Part shown: positions 1-9,093 of the stretch, piece by piece
Layout: every line of letters begins with the position of its first letter
How positions within the stretch are numbered: position 1 is the first letter of the stretch
From: a virus
DNA: 64,000 bases
Direction: 5' to 3' (one strand)
Virus record (IMG/VR): IMGVR_UViG_3300027969_000044
Location: 1 to 64,000 of that record
Translations under genes and position numbers: made by a program
The notes under the pieces: model-generated
The model's database searches: none
What the model saw: only the letters and a program-made list of their open reading frames with translations
Told to the model about the DNA's origin: nothing

Positions 1-1
1 T

Positions 2-331
2 GCCGAACCTGGTAGTAAAGGATTCGGAGAGCCTACCTGGCAAGCAAAATCCGCTAAAGAAATTATTGAGCTTTACACTTGGTGGACTGTTACCTATCGC
101 AACCGCCCTGATCCATATGACGCCAGTGGCTGGACTGAGTACTGCGAAGCAAGCCGTGCGGCCAATGGTGGAAGTCTTTGGGGAAGTTTGAGTGCTGATA
201 GAACACCCGAACTTAAAAAGATGAGCACTAAGTCACTCAATCTACTTCGTAAGATTGAAGCCGCATACGAAAAGGAAGATGAAGCAATGATGATTCGTCT
301 TATTAAAATTCGTCAATCACTTTGGACTTAA
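2..331 (+). CDS. Hypothetical phage protein, 5'-truncated by the window edge
   Basis: Frame 2 is open from base 2 to TAA at 329-331 and ends ...MMIRLIKIRQSLWT; absent from the ORF track because it has no start codon. Confidence 0.75.
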   Translation, partial: AEPGSKGFGEPTWQAKSAKEIIELYTWWTVTYRNRPDPYDASGWTEYCEASRAANGGSLWGSLSADRTPELKKMSTKSLNLLRKIEAAYEKEDEAMMIRLIKIRQSLWT

Positions 332-345
332 CCTGAAAGATAAAA

Positions 346-579
346 ATGACTGAAGAAAAGAAAATTAAAGTGGAGTTTGCTCCAGGCGCTTTTGATAGTT
401 TCGAAGGTACACAAGAAGAACTCGACGAGTTGATTGTCGAGATCCATCGTATGGTCGAAAACGGCGAGCTTTTAGAAAAGGGGCGGGCCGTTGACTTTGA
501 CAAACTTATGGAAGAGGATCCCGAGTACGCAGAAAAAATCATGCGTAGCCTTGACGACGATCGTCCGCCACTCCAATGA
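346..579 (+). CDS. Acidic hypothetical protein
   Basis: 77-aa ORF; ATGA overlap with the next gene. Confidence 0.7.
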   Translation: MTEEKKIKVEFAPGAFDSFEGTQEELDELIVEIHRMVENGELLEKGRAVDFDKLMEEDPEYAEKIMRSLDDDRPPLQ

Positions 580-1148
580 CTAAGATAGCATCAAGCCCAG
601 ATCGTTATACCTTCCAAAAAGAAGGTTACATTAAACGCTGTGAGGAAAAAGGCGAGGAGCCTAATCCCGATTACATCAAGATGTATGAGTCGTGGCGGAA
701 ACAAGAAGACGAAAATATTGTAAAGACAGAATGGCAAGCGTACAATCTAGAGTACGACCTGCGTAGTACAGACTGGGTAGTTGAAAAGTGTAAGAACGAT
801 AACTATGCCCAAAACTTATACGCGGCTATTTGTAATAACGAGTTTGCCAAATTTACACAAACTGGCGATCGCGTAGAAACATATCGTAATATTAAAGAAG
901 AGTATTGGGGCGCTAGTTGGAGGTCAGCTGGTGGTATTGTAGCCAATCTTCGAGGCGAAGGTGATTACATTGACTGGTACTGTAGCGGTATTGGCAATGA
1001 AGAATACGGTAACGGACTAGATGGCACTAAACCAAAAGTAGACGAAGACGGCCGTACCTATGTGCCCGAAAGCGTTATTACAGACGAGATTCGTGACGAT
1101 TTGGCAAAATTAGGTTGGGTAGGATTTCCATATAAAGATGAAGAGTAG
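576..1148 (+). CDS. Hypothetical phage protein
   Basis: 190-aa ORF coupled to the upstream stop. Confidence 0.8.
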   Translation: MTKIASSPDRYTFQKEGYIKRCEEKGEEPNPDYIKMYESWRKQEDENIVKTEWQAYNLEYDLRSTDWVVEKCKNDNYAQNLYAAICNNEFAKFTQTGDRVETYRNIKEEYWGASWRSAGGIVANLRGEGDYIDWYCSGIGNEEYGNGLDGTKPKVDEDGRTYVPESVITDEIRDDLAKLGWVGFPYKDEE

Positions 1149-1172
1149 TTGACAGATTGGTAAAACCGGCTC

Positions 1173-1201
1173 TTGACAACGTGCCAAAATGGCTGTATAA
1201 T
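1173..1201 (+). promoter_or_regulatory. Consensus sigma70-type early promoter
   Basis: TTGACA (1173-1178), 17 bp, TATAAT (1196-1201); SD AGGAG at 1221-1225 before ATG 1232. Confidence 0.9.
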
Positions 1202-1231
1202 TAATACATATTGAACAGCAAGGAGTGAACA

Positions 1232-2413
1232 ATGGCTACTAAACTTAAACAAGCATCTATCGAAATCCGCCAAAGCAAAGGACGTGACTACAGTCCAAAG
1301 TGGGATGGCGCAACTGAATGGGATGCTAATCAATTTACTCGCCATTTTCACGCATCGATGGCCTGGTATCGTTTGGAAAGCTCTGTTAAAGAACTCAAGC
1401 CCAAACTTGTAGAATGGTGTAAACTCAACGGGTACGACCAAGACGATGTCTATACTATCCGTAAAACTAAGGACAAATATTTTAACGGGACTATGTGCTC
1501 TATTGGTGCGTGTCTGCTCAAAGGCATGCCCGAAGTACACGAAGGCTTCAACGGCGGCAAAGATACTGCCGTATGGTTGCGTAAAGAAATTGAAAAGGTG
1601 CTTGCCGAAGGTGCCAATGACTTAGAAGAAGATGACGTTCCTAAGAAAGTTGAAAAGGTTGCTGTCTACGTTCCTACTATTCAAGATCGGTTACGAGAAG
1701 CCGCTGGAGACATGAGTGAAGAATTGGACTACGCTATTGACCAGTGGATTACGGATCCAGAAGGCTTTAACCCAAAAGAGTTTAAGGTTGTCAACTTGCT
1801 TAAAGGTAAAGGTGCCAAGGCCGCTCACGCACGGTTGATTAAAGGTTACTTCCAAAGCGGTGCTGACGAACTTGCTGAACTTGCTAGCGGAAACGCAGAC
1901 GAGCAGTTGAAGGAAGCATACAAACATGTCGCACGTAAGAATGTTAAGAAGCTGATTGAGTTTTACGAAAACATTGCCCAGGCATGTGAACAGATTGCCG
2001 CAGAACAGAAAGTGCTTAAGAAGCCTCGTGCTAAGAAAGTTAAGCCCGCAGAGGACTTGGTTAAGAAGGTCAAGTTTATGTTGAGTGAAACTAAACTTGG
2101 TATTACGTCAGTGCCGCCTGCGTCTATTATCGGTGCTCAAAGTGTTATAGTGTATAACACTAAGACTCGTAAGATTGGTGTGTATGTAAGCAAGACCAGC
2201 GCCGGCTTTGGCGTTAGAGGTACTAGCATTACAGAGTTTACTGAAAAGAGCTTTCAAAAGACCCTGCGTAAGCCGCTTGAACAACTAAAAGAGTTTAAAG
2301 AGCAGAATACGCAGAAGCGGGCCATTGATTGGTTTACTAAGATTAAAACAACCAGTGTACTGCTTAACGGACGTCTTAGTGAAGACATTGTGATTCTTAA
2401 GGCGTATAAATGA
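1232..2413 (+). CDS. Lys-rich hypothetical early protein
   Basis: 393-aa ORF with a perfect promoter and SD; no family recognised. Confidence 0.85.
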   Translation: MATKLKQASIEIRQSKGRDYSPKWDGATEWDANQFTRHFHASMAWYRLESSVKELKPKLVEWCKLNGYDQDDVYTIRKTKDKYFNGTMCSIGACLLKGMPEVHEGFNGGKDTAVWLRKEIEKVLAEGANDLEEDDVPKKVEKVAVYVPTIQDRLREAAGDMSEELDYAIDQWITDPEGFNPKEFKVVNLLKGKGAKAAHARLIKGYFQSGADELAELASGNADEQLKEAYKHVARKNVKKLIEFYENIAQACEQIAAEQKVLKKPRAKKVKPAEDLVKKVKFMLSETKLGITSVPPASIIGAQSVIVYNTKTRKIGVYVSKTSAGFGVRGTSITEFTEKSFQKTLRKPLEQLKEFKEQNTQKRAIDWFTKIKTTSVLLNGRLSEDIVILKAYK

Positions 2414-2988
2414 AGCCAGTTGTAATTGACAACATTATTGATCTAGCCCTACAGGAAAGTATCTGGCTAGACTCGAAAAACTTCAAATGGCTATATCATC
2501 GAAGCACTTATCGAGAAAATACAGGGCACACTATTACTAGTCAAATTTATGACGTTGGACAATTAGTGTGCCCTATCATTGCTCAAGATATACATGACCC
2601 GTATTTCGAGAACAGGCTACAACCGTTAATGGAAGGTATACAAAAACATGTTAAGCCAATTGTAGGTGTACATAGGGTAAAGTTTAATCTAATGTGGAAG
2701 TGTTCTGATGTTAACAATAGGTGGTGTTCTCCTCACGTCGACACCCACGATGTAGTTAATAGGTATCTAACCAAATGGTCTGTTGTATATTATGTTAATG
2801 ATGCCGACGGTGATACTGTATTTTTTACTCCATATGAAACAATCCGTGTTACGCCAAAGCGGGGACGGGCTGTTATATTTCCTGCTAACATAAAACACGC
2901 AGGAACCAATCCATCAGTGTCGCCTGAGAGGATTACTCTAAATATTGTTGTAGATGTAGAACCTATGGAGATTCAAAATGAACTGTAA
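2410..2988 (+). CDS. 2OG-Fe(II) oxygenase superfamily protein
   Basis: HxD (PHVD), VYYVND..GDT, distal His (KHAG) and Arg (ERITL). Confidence 0.8.
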   Translation: MKPVVIDNIIDLALQESIWLDSKNFKWLYHRSTYRENTGHTITSQIYDVGQLVCPIIAQDIHDPYFENRLQPLMEGIQKHVKPIVGVHRVKFNLMWKCSDVNNRWCSPHVDTHDVVNRYLTKWSVVYYVNDADGDTVFFTPYETIRVTPKRGRAVIFPANIKHAGTNPSVSPERITLNIVVDVEPMEIQNEL

Positions 2989-3130
2989 TACTTGTAATAA
3001 AGAATATTCACCCGATTGTGATTACAGACAAGGTCGATGCCCGATGCGTCCGCCCATGCTAACAAATTATCATTTTAGATTTTATAATCTATTCCAATCA
3101 ATTAAAGGACTTTTCAAACGTGGACATTGA
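2978..3130 (+). CDS. Small Cys-rich protein (50 aa)
   Basis: Manual translation MNCNTCNKEYSPDCDYRQGRCP...; fills the gap and overlaps both neighbours. Confidence 0.6.
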   Translation: MNCNTCNKEYSPDCDYRQGRCPMRPPMLTNYHFRFYNLFQSIKGLFKRGH

Positions 3131-3293
3131 AGTACAACCTAAAGACACAAGCAAGGGACATTTTTATGTTAGTCTTGTAAAGAGTGCTATTCGTATTGTA
3201 GCAGGTGGCTGTTTGATTACAGGCAACTTGCTAATGGCTGGTGTTTGTCTTATAATGGCAGAAATTCTCGGCATTGTCGAGGAACTGGTATGA
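3120..3293 (+). CDS. Small membrane protein (57 aa, GTG start)
   Basis: Manual translation ...HFYVSLVKSAIRIVAGGCLITGNLLMAGVCLIMAEILGIVEELV; TGA overlaps the next ATG. Confidence 0.6.
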   Translation: MDIEVQPKDTSKGHFYVSLVKSAIRIVAGGCLITGNLLMAGVCLIMAEILGIVEELV

Positions 3294-3481
3294 GTAGGAA
3301 AGAAGAAATAGCAGAAAGAATGCAAGAGCTCATGTTGCCAATTGAAAAACAAATTTTAATGTGTGACAATAGAGAAGACCTACTAATGATGGCCTGTGCT
3401 ATGTTACAGCATGTCCGAACTATATTTGATCAAGAAATTGGCGAAGAAGGCCGACAACAAATGTTTAGAGATTTCCAATGA
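3290..3481 (+). CDS. Hypothetical protein
   Basis: Start moved from 3245 to ATG 3290 (MSRKEE...), giving an ATGA overlap and an upstream GAGGA. Confidence 0.7.
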   Translation: MSRKEEIAERMQELMLPIEKQILMCDNREDLLMMACAMLQHVRTIFDQEIGEEGRQQMFRDFQ

Positions 3482-3726
3482 CACTACCAGACGAAAGATA
3501 CCGTGCTGTTGTACAAACAGAAAAGTTTCTAAGAGAAATTCTTAGTACACCACGAATTCCAAAAGCAATTAAAGATAATGCTCGGTATTGTCTGCGCCAC
3601 TATCCTACAACATGGGATATGCAGCGTACAGCACTTCAGGCGCCGGATGTATTCCAAGAACGCATGGAACCATTGTATAGAATGATTGTAAAATACGAAG
3701 AGGAAAAATCCAATGGTGATGCCTAA
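3478..3726 (+). CDS. Hypothetical phage protein
   Basis: 82-aa ORF (MTLPDERYRAV...CLRHYP), translationally coupled. Confidence 0.75.
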   Translation: MTLPDERYRAVVQTEKFLREILSTPRIPKAIKDNARYCLRHYPTTWDMQRTALQAPDVFQERMEPLYRMIVKYEEEKSNGDA

Positions 3727-4312
3727 ACGATTGGGCCCTGCTATTGTATTTGAAGACGACTACGTATTTGATCGTAAAGTTGTAGTACCCGAACTGGAAA
3801 AATATCTAGAAAAGGTAGATGCGCCTGCTCCGGAATTAGCTATGATCCGTATGGAAGGCTTAGACATTACAACTAGAGAAGTCAACGATACTCCACATAA
3901 ACTTCCAATCTTTGAAGACTTTACCAACTGGACTTTGGAAAGAGCTAGAGGTATTTTAACTTCATGGAGATGTGATTTTAAAGACGTTGAAGTGTCTCGT
4001 AGTTGGGTTAACCGAACACGTAAAGGTGGATGGATTAACTATCATATACACCATCACACTGATCTAATTGTAGTAGCATACATTACTGCGCCGCCAGACT
4101 GCGGGGACTTACTTTTAGTGGACCCGTTAGAGTGCCATTGGTTTGGCATGTCATTAACGGGAGATAATAATAGTCTTTACACTGGTTACAAATTTCCTGT
4201 GAAGAATAACAAAGTATATTTCTTTGCTCCTTTTATTAGACACGCAACAGAGCCTAGTTCATCTGACGATGTTCGATGGTGTATTGCGCTTAACTTAAAG
4301 ATTGTAAAATGA
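3713..4312 (+). CDS. Putative 2OG-Fe(II) oxygenase (TIGR02466-like)
   Basis: SWVN..KGGW..YHIH, GDLLLVDP, FFAPFIRH, RWCIALN. Confidence 0.75.
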   Translation: MVMPKRLGPAIVFEDDYVFDRKVVVPELEKYLEKVDAPAPELAMIRMEGLDITTREVNDTPHKLPIFEDFTNWTLERARGILTSWRCDFKDVEVSRSWVNRTRKGGWINYHIHHHTDLIVVAYITAPPDCGDLLLVDPLECHWFGMSLTGDNNSLYTGYKFPVKNNKVYFFAPFIRHATEPSSSDDVRWCIALNLKIVK

Positions 4313-4914
4313 TACCACGACAGATCGGAGTGCCTCTTATCTTTGAAGAGGACTATACATTTGATAAAGCAGTAACGTTACCTAAACTTGAAAAGATTAC
4401 TTCTATTAGTAAAGATTTTGACAATTACGGTGGGACGCTTGAATTAGGAAACGCCGGTAGCACAGCGGGTAATCATCTTCACAAAATACATGAACAGCCT
4501 GAGTTCGATGACTTTTCAATTTGGGCGTTAAAGAAGGCCCATAATATTTTGTCATATCGTTGGAACTTTGAGTTTGACTATATAGAGATAACACGAAGCT
4601 GGTCCAATAGACATAAAAAAGGTGGCTGGACAAACTATCATACTCATGCTAACTGTGACCTAGTACTGTCTGCCTATGTTCAGGCTCCCCCGGAGTGTGG
4701 AGACTTAGTGATTATAGATCCAATGGAAAATCATTGGTTTGGAATGAGTACTAAAATGAATTCAAGATCACCGTTAACTTATAACTATCCCGCACAGGAT
4801 AATCGTGTTTATTTCTTTGCCCCTTTCCTGCGGCACGGAACACAGCCAAGTAATGCCGATGAAGACCGTTGGGTAATTAGTATGAATTTTAACTGCTGGA
4901 AAGGAAAACCATGA
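4309..4914 (+). CDS. Putative 2OG-Fe(II) oxygenase (TIGR02466-like), tandem paralog
   Basis: SWSN..KGGW..YHTH, GDLVIIDP, FFAPFLRH, RWVISMN; collinear with 3713..4312. Confidence 0.75.
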   Translation: MIPRQIGVPLIFEEDYTFDKAVTLPKLEKITSISKDFDNYGGTLELGNAGSTAGNHLHKIHEQPEFDDFSIWALKKAHNILSYRWNFEFDYIEITRSWSNRHKKGGWTNYHTHANCDLVLSAYVQAPPECGDLVIIDPMENHWFGMSTKMNSRSPLTYNYPAQDNRVYFFAPFLRHGTQPSNADEDRWVISMNFNCWKGKP

Positions 4915-5102
4915 AACTAAGAAACATTATTGAAGTTGTATTTTTTGTAATTGTGATATTATCTGTTTACGCAGGCTATTTTTATCTCTTGCCCAAGCAC
5001 GGTGAAGTAGTGTATAATTGCAGTATAGCAGAAATTAGTCCAGACATTCCCATTAAAGTTAAAGAGGAATGTCGTAAACTTAGAATGGAACAAATTAAAT
5101 GA
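4911..5102 (+). CDS. Small membrane protein
   Basis: 63 aa, one N-terminal hydrophobic helix and two Cys. Confidence 0.65.
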   Translation: MKLRNIIEVVFFVIVILSVYAGYFYLLPKHGEVVYNCSIAEISPDIPIKVKEECRKLRMEQIK

Positions 5103-5545
5103 AAATTGGTCTCAGCTACAGTCGTTGTATTCGAGATATCGTTGAGGGTATTGTAGACATTGACGATGTCCTAGTAATCATTGCTCGAACAGATTTTGAT
5201 CCGCACGATGCCGAACAGTGGCGCGGAATCTGGGAAGGTTATTCAGGCGGCTCATCCGGCACCTCACTGCGAGGACTATTTGGGGGATCTAACCCAGAAT
5301 GGTCGGGTACCACCGACGAAGATGAAGACAAGTATCGAAGTGTAAGTATTGAGCTGTGGGAAACTGGAAAGTTCCATCAGCCTCGCAAGTTTGGAGCACA
5401 TCCTAGACGCCGTCCTGAAATTTGGCTTGAAGCAGTTCTGCCAAGTAGTGAGCTTGAAAATAACCAAGCCGCTAAGAAAGCCTGGGATACGTTCCAAACT
5501 ATTGCGGGTCTAACTAACGTTAAACTTGATAGAGAATACAAATGA
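5099..5545 (+). CDS. Hypothetical phage protein
   Basis: 148-aa ORF coupled on both sides. Confidence 0.8.
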   Translation: MKIGLSYSRCIRDIVEGIVDIDDVLVIIARTDFDPHDAEQWRGIWEGYSGGSSGTSLRGLFGGSNPEWSGTTDEDEDKYRSVSIELWETGKFHQPRKFGAHPRRRPEIWLEAVLPSSELENNQAAKKAWDTFQTIAGLTNVKLDREYK

Positions 5546-6138
5546 AACAAGAACTAGACAAACTGTTGTGTGAAAAGTATCCAAAGATGATGGTTAACCG
5601 TAACCTTCACATGACCGAAACTTGTATGTGTTGGGGATTCGAGTGTGGAGATGGTTGGTTCAATATCCTAGATCAGCTTATGGGTAATATTCAGCATCAT
5701 ATTGATTGGAAAGTAAAACAACGTGAGTCTGCCATCAAGTATAATGAAATGGTAACTCAATGTCAAGCAGGTAACTTTGACCTGTTTGAAACAGATCATT
5801 TAAGTCTTAGTCAAGAATACAAAGACAAGCGACTGGGGGAGATTATTGCCGGTGGACGCCGCGAACTGACAGAAACGGTTCCCCAAGTAACGCTGGATCA
5901 AGTTAAAGAAAAGTTTGGTACTCTACGTTTTTACTACTCGGGCGGTGATGACTACATTAGCGGGCTTGTTAGCATGGCAGAATCAATGTCAGGCGTAATA
6001 TGTGAATCGTGTGGTAATACAGGTGAACGCAAAGGCGGAGGTTGGATTAAAACTATCTGCAAACCGTGTGAAGATAAACGTGCGGCAGAGTATGCTAGAC
6101 AAACAGCAGAATACAAAAAAGAAAAGGAAACAAAATGA
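5542..6138 (+). CDS. Hypothetical phage protein with C-terminal Zn ribbon
   Basis: [12 protein letters not shown] motif followed by CESC...CKPC. Confidence 0.8.
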   Translation: MKQELDKLLCEKYPKMMVNRNLHMTETCMCWGFECGDGWFNILDQLMGNIQHHIDWKVKQRESAIKYNEMVTQCQAGNFDLFETDHLSLSQEYKDKRLGEIIAGGRRELTETVPQVTLDQVKEKFGTLRFYYSGGDDYISGLVSMAESMSGVICESCGNTGERKGGGWIKTICKPCEDKRAAEYARQTAEYKKEKETK

Positions 6139-6728
6139 GTTTAATTCCAATGGTCATTGAAAAGACCAGTTCAGGCGAACGTGCCTTTGACATTTACAGT
6201 CGTCTGCTTAACGAACGCATTGTGTTCTTAAACGGTCCAGTAGACGATCATAGTGCTAATGTTATTGTAGCACAGTTCTTACATTTAGAAAGTAATGACA
6301 GCGAAAAAGACATTCACTTCTACGTCAACAGTCCGGGCGGAGTTGTCACAGCAGGTATGAGCATTTATGACACAATGCAATTTATTAAACCTAATATTTG
6401 TACATACGTTATGGGGCAAGCCTGTTCTATGGGTAGTTTACTTGCCCAGGCAGGGAGTGCCGGAAAACGCTATATGTTGCCCAACGCACGACATATGATT
6501 CATCAGCCATCAGGTGGCGCAGGCGGTCAAGCTACAGACATGGAAATCCAAGTAAGAGAGATCCTAAAAATGAAGAAATCTCTAACTGAAATCTATGTTA
6601 AGCACAACAGCAAGGGCAAAACTTACGAAGATTTTTCTCGTGATATGGAACGTGATTTCTTTATGAGCGCAGAAGAAGCTCTAGAATACGGTCTAATTGA
6701 CAAAGTTGTAGAGAATCGTCTGTCATAA
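6135..6728 (+). CDS. clpP: ATP-dependent Clp protease proteolytic subunit
   Basis: [16 protein letters not shown], catalytic Ser in ACSMG, His in [22 protein letters not shown]. Confidence 0.97.
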   Translation: MSLIPMVIEKTSSGERAFDIYSRLLNERIVFLNGPVDDHSANVIVAQFLHLESNDSEKDIHFYVNSPGGVVTAGMSIYDTMQFIKPNICTYVMGQACSMGSLLAQAGSAGKRYMLPNARHMIHQPSGGAGGQATDMEIQVREILKMKKSLTEIYVKHNSKGKTYEDFSRDMERDFFMSAEEALEYGLIDKVVENRLS

Positions 6729-6740
6729 GTCGATACTATG

Positions 6741-6778
6741 GTTCTGCTAAATAGTGCTATTAGCATCTATTTAGGAAC
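6741..6778 (+). promoter_or_regulatory. Late-type TAAATA promoter inside an RBS-sequestering hairpin
   Basis: GTTC-TG-CTAAATAG-TGCTA-T-TAGCA-T-CTATTTAG-GAAC; TAAATA at 6748-6753; SD AGGA at 6773-6776 in the 3' arm. Confidence 0.7.
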
Positions 6779-6786
6779 GCAAAACC

Positions 6787-7872
6787 ATGGTAAAAACTTT
6801 TGATAACAAAGTAACAGTCGCTGAACTTGATCTACAGCACGGCGATCTCAGCGGAGACTTTATTGCCGGCGGAACAATCGCTAGATTTTCCAGCACAGGT
6901 ATAAGCGATCAAGCAACTTCTACAACACTAACAATCACTGACGGTAAACTAACTGTTGACAGTATTGAAACCAAATCTGCCAAATTAGGCACAATTGAGG
7001 GCAATACTGTAATCCGCGGTGACGTTAAAGTGTATGGTATAATTGACGCGGGGTTTGTAAGAACTACAGAAATTATTACAAATCAACGTTATGAAAAGCA
7101 ATATATTGAATTTGCTATGGATAACGAGCAAGGTACCAACGTAGGTACAGGTTTGCTATGGCCAAGCCCGGGATACAACAAACAGTTTGTTTATCGTAAT
7201 AATCCAGATCGGTTCTTCCTAAGTGAAACTGTTGACCTAGCGCCACAGCGTCAATTTATGATTGGTGGCAGTAGTGTTCTTAATCAAACTACCCTAGGCG
7301 GAAGTGTTACTGAAAGTAACCTAAAGAATGTAGGAACACTACAAGCTCTAAATGTTAGCGGCAACGTTAACATTGGAGATATGGTTTTTTATGATGCTCA
7401 ACAAGGTAAGTTTGCTGTGGGCAATTCAGAGCCCACGCATTTGTTCTCCGTGTACGATCTAGAAAGCGATACAGACTTCTACATCGAAGGCGATAAAGAA
7501 GGCCGTGCTAGAGTAGGTACATTTAATAATCGTCCAGTTGATATTGTAACTGATAACCAAGTTCGTATTAGCGTAGCAGAGCAAGGCGACATTACTCTTG
7601 GCAAAGAAGGCCGTGATAACTCAATTACCCGTGTATACGGTAAGCTATCTGTAGGTATTAAAAATCCTGTTGAACAATTTGAAGTTGCTGGTAATATGCG
7701 TATTGCCGGGAAGTTGTTTGCCCAAGGAGACAATCCTCCAGGTGAAGGTCACTATAACAAAGGTGACGTTATTTGGAACACCAACCCAAGACCAAATGCG
7801 TTTATTGGTTGGGTATGCGTACAAGGCGGATTTCCAGGTACATGGAAACCGTTCGGGCAGATATTTGAATAA
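6787..7872 (+). CDS. Putative virion/tail-fibre-like protein
   Basis: Beta-rich Gly/Thr/Val sequence, VGIKNP..EVAGN motif, C-terminal GDVIWN..GWVC..GTW; late-type promoter. Confidence 0.6.
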   Translation: MVKTFDNKVTVAELDLQHGDLSGDFIAGGTIARFSSTGISDQATSTTLTITDGKLTVDSIETKSAKLGTIEGNTVIRGDVKVYGIIDAGFVRTTEIITNQRYEKQYIEFAMDNEQGTNVGTGLLWPSPGYNKQFVYRNNPDRFFLSETVDLAPQRQFMIGGSSVLNQTTLGGSVTESNLKNVGTLQALNVSGNVNIGDMVFYDAQQGKFAVGNSEPTHLFSVYDLESDTDFYIEGDKEGRARVGTFNNRPVDIVTDNQVRISVAEQGDITLGKEGRDNSITRVYGKLSVGIKNPVEQFEVAGNMRIAGKLFAQGDNPPGEGHYNKGDVIWNTNPRPNAFIGWVCVQGGFPGTWKPFGQIFE

Positions 7873-7892
7873 ACTACCGATAAAAGTTCCAG

Positions 7893-7927
7893 TGCTCCTA
7901 TATTAAATATTTGCACTTATGGGAGCA
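7893..7927 (+). promoter_or_regulatory. Hairpin with TAAATA in the loop and SD in the 3' arm
   Basis: TGCTCCTATA (7893-7902) pairs with TATGGGAGCA (7918-7927, one G-U); TAAATA at 7904-7909; ATG at 7933. Confidence 0.7.
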
Positions 7928-7932
7928 ACATC

Positions 7933-8247
7933 ATGGACAAGAAACTTTCTCGCCACTTAAAAAATCTTAAACTATTTAATAATCAACGTAAAGCCTGGTT
8001 AATACTCAGCGCATTGGTAGTATTAGTAATTGGAAAAATTGTATTTGATCAAACAATTCTGGATTCTCATCATTACGTATGGGCAATGGTAGCTTTTGGT
8101 TTAACCATTTCGGTGACTTGGTGGTACTGGACAATGCGACTTATCCGCCAACTTATTGATCATCGTCAACAAGAATCTGAGATACTAGTTGACATTGTCA
8201 ACTCAATTAAAGATATCAAAGAAGACGTAAAAAATCTACCGAAGTAG
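7933..8247 (+). CDS. Two-TM membrane protein
   Basis: Two hydrophobic segments and a charged C-terminal tail. Confidence 0.75.
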   Translation: MDKKLSRHLKNLKLFNNQRKAWLILSALVVLVIGKIVFDQTILDSHHYVWAMVAFGLTISVTWWYWTMRLIRQLIDHRQQESEILVDIVNSIKDIKEDVKNLPK

Positions 8248-8276
8248 TTGACACGATAAATAAAGATCTATACAAT
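8248..8276 (+). promoter_or_regulatory. sigma70-type promoter for queD
   Basis: TTGACA (8248-8253), 17 bp, TACAAT (8271-8276); TAAATA also occurs in the spacer (8257-8262). Confidence 0.8.
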
Positions 8277-8363
8277 AATTGTTAGCGGTCTTTTAACGTC
8301 ATTCACCCCGCTTTATAAATTCTGCATGTCGTCAAACTTGCTACCTTATAAAGGAGACTAGAG

Positions 8364-8870
8364 ATGGCAAATCTTCAACCCGTACAATACAAGTACACAA
8401 GCACTAAAGAATATCACGACGCATTTCCCTGCGCCTATCGCCAATGGCGAGCTGATAGTCACTGTAATCTAAATCACGGCTATTCATTTAGCATGAAATT
8501 TTACTTTGGCACCAACGACCTAGATGTCCGCAATTGGGCGGCTGACTATGGTGGTTTAAAAGAACTAAAGAAAATCCTAGAAGACCAATTTGACCATACT
8601 ACCTTGGTCAGTGCCGATGATCCAGAATTAGAATTCTACAAAGAAATGGAACGCCGCAAGTTGGCTAAACTAACTATCCTTCCTGCTCTAGGTTGCGAAG
8701 CACTAAGCGACATGCTGTACAAGTATGTCAATGGTGTTTACATTCCGGACATGTGGGGTGACGGTGAAAGCAAACGCCTTTGGTGCTATCGTGTAGAAGT
8801 ACGTGAAACTCAAAGTAATATGGCTTTCCGTGAAGGTCATCGTGAATGGAATGAAGACCTCTTTGCGTGA
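8364..8870 (+). CDS. queD: 6-carboxy-5,6,7,8-tetrahydropterin synthase (QueD/PTPS family)
   Basis: HCNLNHGYS (CxxxHG), DYGGLKELK..L..QFDH, C-terminal VRET; T-fold size. Confidence 0.88.
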   Translation: MANLQPVQYKYTSTKEYHDAFPCAYRQWRADSHCNLNHGYSFSMKFYFGTNDLDVRNWAADYGGLKELKKILEDQFDHTTLVSADDPELEFYKEMERRKLAKLTILPALGCEALSDMLYKYVNGVYIPDMWGDGESKRLWCYRVEVRETQSNMAFREGHREWNEDLFA

Positions 8871-9093
8871 ACTGTTTGATCGCTGGATTGAATGGGTTGC
8901 TACTGTATCATTTTTATGTTCAGTAGCACTGACCTCGCTTAACTATTACCCAGAGTATTTGTATCTAAGTTTGTTTACAAATTTACTTTGGTTAATAGTA
9001 GGCATGGTTTGGCGCAAGTGGTCTTTAATCTTTGTTGAAGCTGTAGTATGTGTAATGTATACTATAGGAATAATCAAATACTGGATTACCTAA
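8851..9093 (+). CDS. Three-TM membrane protein
   Basis: Three hydrophobic helices; start placed at ATG 8851 but uncertain. Confidence 0.6.
   Translation: MKTSLRELFDRWIEWVATVSFLCSVALTSLNYYPEYLYLSLFTNLLWLIVGMVWRKWSLIFVEAVVCVMYTIGIIKYWIT

Noticed and set aside
8283-8330. Canonical preQ1-I riboswitch call
   Set aside because: Loop and 3' tail do not match the consensus I know; kept only as a candidate finding
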